Source of the DNA: a virus
Virus record (IMG/VR): IMGVR_UViG_3300008108_000039
Span: 1 to 64,000 of that record
Strand: one strand, 5' to 3'
DNA: 64,000 nucleotides
The notes under the pieces are model-generated. The model saw nothing but the letters and a program-made list of their open reading frames with translations. It did no database searches and was not told where the DNA came from. Position 1 is the first letter of the stretch. Each line of letters starts with the position of its first letter. Made by a program: the position numbers and the translations under genes. This document shows, one piece after another, positions 25,487 to 33,005 of the stretch.

Positions 25487-25572
25487 CGGAGAGCATTGTA
25501 TCGAAACAAATACCGTGTTAGGGTACCACTCGCTTAGCAGGCGGTGACAGCAACCTTACTGTTTTACTCTCC
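25487..25572 (-). tRNA. tRNA-Ser(GCU)
   Basis: GGAGAG acceptor, CGC-CTGCTAA-GCG, long variable arm, G73. Confidence 0.8.
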
Positions 25573-25634
25573 ATTTTGGCAGTTTTTAATTCATATCGAG
25601 GGAAGGAGATACCAGCTCCAAAACTCGGAAGGTG

Positions 25635-25706
25635 GGTGTAAGAACGGTATCGAACCGTCTTCCCTGGCTCCACAAACCAGTGCATCACCTTAATGCTTCA
25701 AACACC
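25635..25706 (-). tRNA. tRNA-His(GUG)
   Basis: G-1/C73, CTGGT-TTGTGGA-GCCAG. Confidence 0.85.
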
Positions 25707-25777
25707 ATGTAAAGAGAATCAGAACACACAATACGGATGAATTCTATGTTCCCGGACATTGCTGGTAATTCTCTCTG

Positions 25778-25861
25778 TGGAGAGTGACGGACTCGAACCC
25801 CCACGCCGTGTTACCGACTTCACTGTTTTCAAGACAGCTAACTACTCCTTTAGGACTCTCC
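25778..25861 (-). tRNA. tRNA-Ser(UGA), atypical D-arm
   Basis: GCTGT-CTTGAAA-ACAGT, long variable arm. Confidence 0.75.
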
Positions 25862-25946
25862 TTATTAAACATATCACCTGTTCTACGCACATTTTTACTT
25901 TAGTTTATATCAGCTAAAGTGCCGTGCCAGCTACGAACTATGTTTG

Positions 25947-26017
25947 ATGCCACAGAAGGGGTCGAACCTTCAACAAGAGAGCCAAAATCTCTTATGTTAC
26001 CATTACACTATGTGGCA
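25947..26017 (-). tRNA. tRNA-Gln(UUG)
   Basis: U1-A72, AGAGA-TTTTGGC-TCTCT. Confidence 0.9.
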
Positions 26018-26025
26018 GTGTGTTG

Positions 26026-26097
26026 AGCAGCAAAAGAATTTCGAAATCTCAACCTTCACATTGGCAATGTGACGCTCTGCCTTTGAGCTATTGCTGC
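26026..26097 (-). tRNA. tRNA-Gly(GCC)
   Basis: TCACA-TTGCCAA-TGTGA. Confidence 0.88.
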
Positions 26098-26103
26098 TTA
26101 TTG

Positions 26104-26175
26104 TAGAAGATGGGAATTTTGAAATCCCGACCCTCGCCATGTAAGGGCGATGCTCTGCCTCTGAGCTAATCTTCT
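26104..26175 (-). tRNA. tRNA-Val(UAC)
   Basis: TCGCC-CTTACAT-GGCGA. Confidence 0.88.
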
Positions 26176-26258
26176 AGATGTCAGCTGTTTAAGGTACAGC
26201 TGCGACTCAAACCTGAAGGTTAGTTATATATTGGAAACCTACCTACAATCTACCGGCG

Positions 26259-26331
26259 TGGAGAAGGTGGAACTCGAATCCACAACCTCATGCTTGCAAA
26301 GCACGTGCTCATCCACTAGAGCTTCATCCCC
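26259..26331 (-). tRNA. tRNA-Ala(UGC)
   Basis: G3.U70, CGTGC-TTTGCAA-GCATG. Confidence 0.9.
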
Positions 26332-26337
26332 ATTGTG

Positions 26338-26412
26338 TCGGGTAGAGAGGACTCGAACCTCCACGATGCCTTCGCCCCAAACGAAGTGACCTAGCCATTG
26401 GTCCACTACCCG
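26338..26412 (-). tRNA. tRNA-Pro(UGG)
   Basis: CGGGTAG acceptor, CTTCG-TTTGGGG-CGAAG. Confidence 0.9.
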
Positions 26413-26428
26413 AAATATTATTCTACCG

Positions 26429-26498
26429 AGGTTAAGGTGAGAATTGAACTCACTCCGTAGATTTTGCAGATCTACCGGCCGCCACGACCAACTTAACC
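26429..26498 (-). tRNA. tRNA-Cys(GCA)
   Basis: TAGAT-CTGCAAA-ATCTA, U73. Confidence 0.82.
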
Positions 26499-26505
26499 TT
26501 ATTCG

Positions 26506-26578
26506 TACTCCCGGACTGACTCGAACAGTCATTACTAGATCCGTAGTCTAGAGTTCTAATCCATTGAACTACAGGAGC
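26506..26578 (-). tRNA. tRNA-Arg(ACG)
   Basis: CTAGA-CTACGGA-TCTAG. Confidence 0.9.
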
Positions 26579-26588
26579 ATATAACTTG

Positions 26589-26660
26589 CACGCACGTAAG
26601 GACTCGAACCTTCATTTTCGCTTTTGGAGAGCGACGTTCTACCAATTGAACTACGCGCGC
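26589..26660 (-). tRNA. tRNA-Trp(CCA)
   Basis: TCGCT-CTCCAAA-AGCGA. Confidence 0.9.
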
Positions 26661-26675
26661 GTTTTTATCAATATG

Positions 26676-27113
26676 TCAAAGATCCTTTAGATAATCTTGT
26701 ATAGTTATATTTTGTTCTTTTTCTAAGTAGTGAAACTCAGAATGACAATTTCTACACAAAGTAATACATTTTTCTATTTCATTCCAAAATTTTTCTTTAC
26801 CTAAATAATAATTACTACTAATATCAAACTTTTTGTTTTTAGGATCTAAATGATGAAAATCTAAAATATACCATCTTTTATCTCCACATTTAGAACAAGT
26901 ACATGTTTTTTTATATTCAACAAAAATGTTTTTCTTTTTCTTAGTTACACTTTTATTTTTTTCTAATTGTATTTCTCTGTTTTCGTAATACCAATCTAAA
27001 TGTTGTTTTTTAGTACATTCACGACAGGCTTTTTGTTTACCATCACTTTGTATTTTATTATTATTAAATTCACTCAGTTCTTTTTGTTGTTTGCATTTAT
27101 TACATATTTTCAT
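26676..27113 (-). CDS. HNH endonuclease inserted in tRNA array
   Basis: CNKC..CREC Zn site; CSKCG..LDFHHLDP..KC..LCRNCH. Confidence 0.88.
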   Translation of the reverse strand: MKICNKCKQQKELSEFNNNKIQSDGKQKACRECTKKQHLDWYYENREIQLEKNKSVTKKKKNIFVEYKKTCTCSKCGDKRWYILDFHHLDPKNKKFDISSNYYLGKEKFWNEIEKCITLCRNCHSEFHYLEKEQNITIQDYLKDL

Positions 27114-27176
27114 AATTATTGTTTATAATAAATATATAGCTTTTAATAAATATTACAAATTAAAATACATTTTTTG

Positions 27177-27248
27177 TGCCCCCTACCGGTAACGATCCGA
27201 TCCTGGTATATTAAAAGTATACTGCTTACACCTGTTTGCTAAGAGGGC
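27177..27248 (-). tRNA. tRNA-Lys(UUU)
   Basis: GTATA-CTTTTAA-TATAC; atypical T-loop. Confidence 0.82.
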
Positions 27249-27279
27249 ATTTATTTTGTTCCCTCTTGCTTCAGAGGGA

Positions 27280-27315
27280 CTACTTATGTTTTCGTTTAGT
27301 TGTCTTTCGTTTCAT
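27280..27315 (-). CDS. putative 11-aa Lys/Arg-rich mini-ORF (MKRKTTKRKHK)
   Basis: ATG in A-rich context, TAG, then TCCCTCT/AGAGGGA hairpin, directly upstream of tRNA-Lys. Confidence 0.4.
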   Translation of the reverse strand: MKRKTTKRKHK

Positions 27316-27331
27316 TTTCTTATAGTTTGTG

Positions 27332-27404
27332 TGGTACCCCTCGGTTCCGACCCGAGTCCTGAAGATTTTCAGTCTTCCGCTTCTACCAAGTTAGCTTGAG
27401 CACC
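27332..27404 (-). tRNA. tRNA-Phe(GAA), first gene of the array
   Basis: GAAGA-CTGAAAA-TCTTC. Confidence 0.88.
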
Positions 27405-27407
27405 ATT

Positions 27408-27440
27408 AAAAAAGCCCTGATCTTTTGAACCAGGGCTTTG
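27408..27440 (-). terminator. intrinsic terminator (attenuator) immediately upstream of tRNA array
   Basis: AAAGCCCTGG-TTCAAAAGA-TCAGGGCTTTTTT. Confidence 0.8.
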
Positions 27441-27459
27441 TAATTTTGTTTATATATTT

Positions 27460-27600
27460 TTAAACATCTATATTACATTGCCCGGGTATACTAGGTTTGC
27501 CTTGCACATCCGTATTAATCGAATTAAAGCAATACCCTAGCGCTAACGTACTTCTACGTTCGTTTTGCCATGTTATTGTATGTAATATGTTTGTTTTCAT
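27460..27600 (-). CDS. putative attenuator leader peptide (46 aa, all 20 amino acids)
   Basis: MKTNILHTITWQNERRSTLALGYCFNSINTDVQGKPSIPGQCNIDV*; ATATTTAT motif at 27612-27619; stop ~20 nt before terminator. Confidence 0.65.
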   Translation of the reverse strand: MKTNILHTITWQNERRSTLALGYCFNSINTDVQGKPSIPGQCNIDV

Positions 27601-27652
27601 TTGTTGCGTCTATAAATATATACAAATCTTAATTCCCGATAAATATACTAAC

Positions 27653-27871
27653 TTACTTTGCCATCTCCAAAACTACTTCTACTATTTTTGATTCGCTTGC
27701 TGCTTTTACTTCAAAATTCTGTTCTGATCTTTCTGTCAGATGTTTTGTTATAGTAGCTTCTGCTTCAGTTACTGACATTGCGTCTACTAAGTAATTTGAA
27801 CTGTGTTTTTTTAATTTACCGTTTTCGTCTTCTACAGTAAATTGTACTTTTACATTAAAAAATTGTGCCAT
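27653..27871 (-). CDS. DUF4494-like protein (Bacteroidota-associated)
   Basis: ENGKLKK...YLVDAMSVTEAEA...ESKIVEV pattern. Confidence 0.75.
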   Translation of the reverse strand: MAQFFNVKVQFTVEDENGKLKKHSSNYLVDAMSVTEAEATITKHLTERSEQNFEVKAASESKIVEVVLEMAK

Positions 27872-27873
27872 AA

Positions 27874-28107
27874 TTATTGTTGTTTATATGTTTCGTTGTA
27901 GTATTGTTCTGCTTCTGATGAAAACCTATATGGTGACAAGGCAAGTGCAGCTTTTTTTATTTGCTCCTCAAACATTTGATTGGCTTGTTTAAGAATGTCG
28001 TGATGTTTTACAGCATATTCTCCTAAACTTAATTCCTTACTTTCTAATTGAATCAAAAGTTTGCGGTGTTCTTTAGCATACCAATCTACTGCTGTCTGTT
28101 GTATCAT
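27874..28107 (-). CDS. hypothetical phage protein (QTAVDW...EQYYNETY family)
   Basis: 77 aa. Confidence 0.7.
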   Translation of the reverse strand: MIQQTAVDWYAKEHRKLLIQLESKELSLGEYAVKHHDILKQANQMFEEQIKKAALALSPYRFSSEAEQYYNETYKQQ

Positions 28108-28316
28108 TATTTACAATATTTTAATAGTGCGTTAAAGTTTATGAATCCGATTTCTTGTGCGTGTTCCATTGAAAATGTATGTCTTTGTACATCAAGACCT
28201 TTTTCTATAACAACATGAACCATTGAAGAAAAATAATTTACTTCAATTGAAGTGACATGGTGTGTACCAGATAAATTCATACCCCAACATATAGATTTTT
28301 TTGTTTGTTGTATCAT
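28107..28316 (-). CDS. hypothetical protein
   Basis: 69 aa. Confidence 0.6.
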   Translation of the reverse strand: MIQQTKKSICWGMNLSGTHHVTSIEVNYFSSMVHVVIEKGLDVQRHTFSMEHAQEIGFINFNALLKYCK

Positions 28317-28648
28317 AGGTTTACTCCATGTGTCTTTTTCAATATCATATTCGCCTTGTAGTCATATAGGTATGGTCTGTATTTATAGAGTTTATTTGCA
28401 AATTGTGTTCTTGTTTTCATATCTTCATATGATTCATCTTCCATTCTACGTGGAGGACAACTCATAAAATAATCAATATCATCATTGGTTATTTTTTCTT
28501 GATTGGCAAACATCATCATTTTGGTAAATCCAAGAGAACCAATCATAGGCATTCCTGCTCTATAAGCTTCTACAATCTCTTTTGGTAGTTTAAATTCATT
28601 AAATTTTTGTGCTAATTCTGGTCTATTTAACATATTTTTTATTTGCAT
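28313..28648 (-). CDS. hypothetical protein
   Basis: 111 aa; promoter motif at 28651-28670. Confidence 0.7.
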   Translation of the reverse strand: MQIKNMLNRPELAQKFNEFKLPKEIVEAYRAGMPMIGSLGFTKMMMFANQEKITNDDIDYFMSCPPRRMEDESYEDMKTRTQFANKLYKYRPYLYDYKANMILKKTHGVNL

Positions 28649-28680
28649 TAAATATACAAAAAATTTTGCCTAAACCAAAA

Positions 28681-29283
28681 TTATATTATTCCTAATGCTC
28701 TCATGTTATCTAAATGTTTTCTTTCATCTACATCCCAAACATGAGGTACAGCTTTAACTTCAGTATTATCTTCAATATGACGTACTTGATCAGGAGTTAA
28801 TGGATCAGCTACTAATAAAAAATAGTCATTATAACACAACAATTCTAAATTATCAAGTAAATAATTAAATTTATTACCATCTTTAAAATTCAACAATAGT
28901 GGTATTTTATAATCAGTTACTCTACGCTCACAAAAACCACAAGTATAACACTCTTCCTTTAAATAACCTTCAGTAATTAATTTTGTTTTGATTTTTTCAG
29001 GAGTAAATGACTCCCATCCAGTACCAGTTTCAATTATAAGTTTAACATTAGGTGATTTTTTTCTATTGGGTAAAAATTTGGGAATACCCTTACCACATTG
29101 GTTTTTATGAGAATCAAATAATGTAGGAGAATTAATATCATTTTCATCCACTCTAAATAACTTAGCAAATGGTTTGTAATGTTGATATGAACATCCTAGA
29201 TATTTTGCAGCAGCTCGATTAGATTTTGTAAATCGCATTGCTCGCAATATATCTTCTTTACTTAGTGGCTTTGGTTGACGCAT
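28681..29283 (-). CDS. HTH + degenerate HNH-like protein
   Basis: SNRAAAKYLG HTH; CYTCG..LLNFKDGN..NLELLCYND. Confidence 0.65.
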   Translation of the reverse strand: MRQPKPLSKEDILRAMRFTKSNRAAAKYLGCSYQHYKPFAKLFRVDENDINSPTLFDSHKNQCGKGIPKFLPNRKKSPNVKLIIETGTGWESFTPEKIKTKLITEGYLKEECYTCGFCERRVTDYKIPLLLNFKDGNKFNYLLDNLELLCYNDYFLLVADPLTPDQVRHIEDNTEVKAVPHVWDVDERKHLDNMRALGII

Positions 29284-29689
29284 TTTTGATATTGTTTACA
29301 ACCTCCCATAGATCAGATGGGTTATTTAATATAACAGGATTATCGTCTTTATCTCTTAGTTCATTAATGGAACCATTAAGATTTAATCTTTCATAAACAT
29401 AGAAAAATATAACTGACGCTGCTTGTTTGCCGAAATGTAGTAATATCAAATTATCTATTATTTCATAGAAAGATTCATCATATTTGCTTAAGTCAATACT
29501 AAAATCATTTTCAACTAAAGAAGTTCTAACATTTGCTCTCTCTAAGGCAACAATAATTTTTTCGAATGTTTCTTTATTTAAATTATATTCGCTTTTTTTC
29601 TTACGTTTTAAGGATAAATCCGTACCAATCATTATCTCAAGAGTTTGTTTGATACTTTGAGCATGTTTTTCACCTTTATTTTCTTCCAT
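29258..29689 (-). CDS. hypothetical protein
   Basis: 143 aa. Confidence 0.7.
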   Translation of the reverse strand: MEENKGEKHAQSIKQTLEIMIGTDLSLKRKKKSEYNLNKETFEKIIVALERANVRTSLVENDFSIDLSKYDESFYEIIDNLILLHFGKQAASVIFFYVYERLNLNGSINELRDKDDNPVILNNPSDLWEVVNNIKNASTKATK

Positions 29690-29691
29690 AA

Positions 29692-29991
29692 CTATAATTT
29701 TTTAATTAAATCTCTACACTCAATACATTTGTCATATTTTTCTTTTTCGATAAAATATTCAAGTGCTAATTCAAGAGAAGATTTAAATTTATCTTTATTT
29801 AGTTGTATATAAAAATCTGAATCTGCTACATCAAATAATTCTATATTTGATTTTTTATATTTAACAGCTTCTTTTACTGCGCTTACAACCTCACCAATTA
29901 CTGCTTCTTTTATATTAGGTATATCATTCAACTGTTCATATGAAGCACCAGGTTGAACATAAACTTTAAACACTGGTATTTTACGTCTCAT
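29692..29991 (-). CDS. UVR-motif protein
   Basis: FIEKEKYDKCIECRDLI. Confidence 0.6.
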   Translation of the reverse strand: MRRKIPVFKVYVQPGASYEQLNDIPNIKEAVIGEVVSAVKEAVKYKKSNIELFDVADSDFYIQLNKDKFKSSLELALEYFIEKEKYDKCIECRDLIKKL

Positions 29992-29994
29992 AAA

Positions 29995-30324
29995 TTATAT
30001 TTTTGGTTCCTCTGGAGCAGGAGGTAATTCAGGGGCTACAGAAGGAGCAACATTTTCTCCCTTTAAAGCATTTTTAATTAGCAATCTTATATCTTGAATA
30101 CTAATTAAAAATCCAATTACATTAGCATAAGGTACATCAGTATCAACATTTGCTGTCATTTGATATTGAGACAACCCAGCATTTAGTCTTGATTGTAATT
30201 TTTGTATCATAGTAGCTTTAGCATCCCCCTCAAGTGTTTGGGATAATACAAATTGTACTTTAATTCCTTCTTTTGTAGGATTTTTATTAACTGATACTTT
30301 TAATTTGGGTTTTACTTCTGCCAT
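29995..30324 (-). CDS. hypothetical protein
   Basis: 109 aa. Confidence 0.7.
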   Translation of the reverse strand: MAEVKPKLKVSVNKNPTKEGIKVQFVLSQTLEGDAKATMIQKLQSRLNAGLSQYQMTANVDTDVPYANVIGFLISIQDIRLLIKNALKGENVAPSVAPELPPAPEEPKI

Positions 30325-30347
30325 TGTGTATGTTTATATATAAATAT

Positions 30348-30905
30348 TTAAATTACTTCATCAATTATACCTAAACTTAATGCTTCTTCAACATCTAGGT
30401 ACCATTCTTTTTGCTCTTTTCGTATATTTTGTAATGTTTTTAAAGGTATTTTGGTATTTTCAACAATTATATCATCATATATTTTCCATAATCGTTTACC
30501 CTCTTTTAATTCTTGTTCATGATATTTCATTTTTTCTTGTCCTGTATTCCAACTTATTTCATGATACATAAAAGTAGTGCGTTTAGTAGCATAACGATAA
30601 TGTCCACAAGTAGCAATAGCAAATCCCATTGACATTGCCTGACCATGTATATACATATGTACTGGTGTAATTGAGTTTTCAATGGCATCAATTATTCCCA
30701 TCCCATCATATACGTTCCCACCTGGGGAATTTAAGGTGAATTTTATAGGGTCACGATTTTCTTTAGCTTTATTTTTGTCTTCATTATTTATTTCATAAAT
30801 TAATCCTATTACTTCACATGCTGATTCACCATCAATTTCTCCAAGAGTTATAACTCGACTTAAATATTCTTGTTTGCGTTGGGGAGAACGAAGTGCTTTT
30901 GCCAT
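30348..30905 (-). CDS. clpP: ClpP-like protease subunit
   Basis: NSPGG, GQAMSMG (Ser), FMYHE (His), EEALSLGIIDEVI. Confidence 0.88.
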   Translation of the reverse strand: MAKALRSPQRKQEYLSRVITLGEIDGESACEVIGLIYEINNEDKNKAKENRDPIKFTLNSPGGNVYDGMGIIDAIENSITPVHMYIHGQAMSMGFAIATCGHYRYATKRTTFMYHEISWNTGQEKMKYHEQELKEGKRLWKIYDDIIVENTKIPLKTLQNIRKEQKEWYLDVEEALSLGIIDEVI

Positions 30906-30937
30906 AGATTATTTTTCAATAAATATATTATTAAAAT

Positions 30938-32095
30938 TTAATCTTTTAAAAGCTGATTAGTATAATACAATGAGTTATTATCTATTAATTGATTATTTAG
31001 TTTATCCATTCCAGATATATCTAGTTTAAATATATCTAATTCAAAAGTACCAATAGCTCCACTATTTGCTATAATTTCAGGAAATTGATATAAAAAGTCT
31101 AAATGATTATTAGTAAATTTAGTTCCATCCAAATAAATTAATATCTGATTTGTTTTAGGAGAATTATATGGTTTAATACGTTCTGATAGATTAAACTTTG
31201 TATTATTTTGTTCAGATGTAATATATTCGTATATACCATTATCAGCATATACTTCACCAAACAATTCAATAATAGATAATAAATTATAATGACAATTTTC
31301 TATAATATATCCAATATCATACTTTGCTTTAAACTCTCTACTACCCCATTTTCTTATAAAATTACGGTTTGAACAACGTTCAATTTGAGCAGTTTTAGCT
31401 TGATATTCATCTGAAAATCTAGACGTTTTAGATACAAAATGGTAAGTAATAGCATCTAATGATGTTATTAGATTCATACCCAATAATTTCCATCTTAAAA
31501 TTAAGTCATCATCTTCACAAAACATTGGATTATATAGATTATCTAAACCACCAATTTCAAGGTATTTGTCTTTAGGCATACACATAAAAAATACAATACC
31601 CGGTTCAGTTTTATCCTTATATTGTTCTGTTAATTGAGAAGCATATTCATAAAATTTATTTAAATCAAATTTTTCTAATTCTACTCCTAAATCATAAATC
31701 ACTTTACCAGGACGTTCGTGTCCTGCAAAAATAGGGGGTTCAATTGTAGTATAAGATACTACTGTATCTGGGTTGCAATGTTTTTCTAAATTTTCAATAA
31801 ATCCAGGAGCAATAACAATATCATTATGAAGAAATGCTATATATTCCTTAGTTGCTAATGAAGCAGCTTTATTAAAATTATCTGAAAAGTTACCAGGCAA
31901 TTCACTCCACCAACATTTTACATTTGGATCTTGGGATTGAATTTCTTGTAACCATTCATTAGTACCATCAGTACTGTTGAAACTGCTAAAACATATTTCC
32001 ACTTCAGGATAAATTGCTCTAGTTGTTTGATAAAAATGTTTGTTGTAGTCTAAATTATTTTTTAAAGCTACTAATAATGATATTTTATTTTCCAT
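30938..32095 (-). CDS. GT2-family glycosyltransferase
   Basis: STDGT, FLHND, IGGLD..EDDD..HFVSKT. Confidence 0.85.
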   Translation of the reverse strand: MENKISLLVALKNNLDYNKHFYQTTRAIYPEVEICFSSFNSTDGTNEWLQEIQSQDPNVKCWWSELPGNFSDNFNKAASLATKEYIAFLHNDIVIAPGFIENLEKHCNPDTVVSYTTIEPPIFAGHERPGKVIYDLGVELEKFDLNKFYEYASQLTEQYKDKTEPGIVFFMCMPKDKYLEIGGLDNLYNPMFCEDDDLILRWKLLGMNLITSLDAITYHFVSKTSRFSDEYQAKTAQIERCSNRNFIRKWGSREFKAKYDIGYIIENCHYNLLSIIELFGEVYADNGIYEYITSEQNNTKFNLSERIKPYNSPKTNQILIYLDGTKFTNNHLDFLYQFPEIIANSGAIGTFELDIFKLDISGMDKLNNQLIDNNSLYYTNQLLKD

Positions 32096-33005
32096 GTTGT
32101 AATTTTTTTATTTGATCTTGAATAAATCCAAGAACACCAGTATTAAAATTTTCTCGTTGTTCAGATACATCTCTTTTAACTAATAAATTTTTATAGTAAT
32201 TAGAAAAACCATTTACAGTATCGGTTCTTAAAGGACCAATACCATATTCAAATACTATTTGTCCATCTAAACGATATTGGGAAAAATCATATCCTAATTT
32301 AGTAGCATTAGATGCAACTATCATACTATACCAATCATAAGCACCATATCCTTTCCATTCATCTGGTATTTGACATAATTCTTCATAAAAAGCTTTATTA
32401 TATACATCAAACCATCCTGCCCACTTTATTTGGTCAAGTTCTGTTAAACCAACTGTATCAGAAAAAGTATGTAGATAATGATCAACATCAAATATATCTG
32501 TTGTTTTTTCCCATCCATAATGAGGACCAACAGCAAATTTAGGATGTGTTAATACTTCCCAAGTATTGTCCCACATTCTACAAATTTGAGGTGTTAATAC
32601 AAAGTATTTATTTTTAATTTCTCTAACAGCCAAAGTTAAATAATTTAATAAATACTCACTAAAGTACATATCAGGACAAATACTAATATAATATTCTGTT
32701 TCAGGTTCTATAGCATCACGTTGTAAATCTAAATGCCCCCATAATTCATCACCTTCATATATAAACATATCATGCTGATAATCTTTTAATAATATAGATA
32801 TTGTTTTATATTTCTCAATAAAATATTCTTTAGGTAGTTTACTTGCTTCCCAGTTAATTAAATGACTAGATAAATTTAAAGCTGATTTAATTTTTATATT
32901 AACATCAGGTTGTAAAAAATACTTTGATTTTTTTAGTTGGGTAAATGTTAATAAAGCGTAATCAATTTCCCAAGGCATTATATGATATGTAACTGTTATA
33001 TTCAT
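32085..33005 (-). CDS. glycosyltransferase-like (GT-A) hypothetical protein
   Basis: ICPDMYF DxD-like, GYGAYD; in sugar cluster. Confidence 0.55.
   Translation of the reverse strand: MNITVTYHIMPWEIDYALLTFTQLKKSKYFLQPDVNIKIKSALNLSSHLINWEASKLPKEYFIEKYKTISILLKDYQHDMFIYEGDELWGHLDLQRDAIEPETEYYISICPDMYFSEYLLNYLTLAVREIKNKYFVLTPQICRMWDNTWEVLTHPKFAVGPHYGWEKTTDIFDVDHYLHTFSDTVGLTELDQIKWAGWFDVYNKAFYEELCQIPDEWKGYGAYDWYSMIVASNATKLGYDFSQYRLDGQIVFEYGIGPLRTDTVNGFSNYYKNLLVKRDVSEQRENFNTGVLGFIQDQIKKLQHGK

Noticed and set aside
21113-26532. Minus-strand ORFs 21113..21313, 22980..23183, 24230..24427, 26239..26532
   Set aside because: They overlap tRNAs or structured RNAs and are better explained as non-coding.
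19700-27404. Theta (HDV-like) ribozymes at tRNA 3' ends
   Set aside because: I could not fit the nested double pseudoknot to any trailer by eye; a motif search is needed to exclude them.
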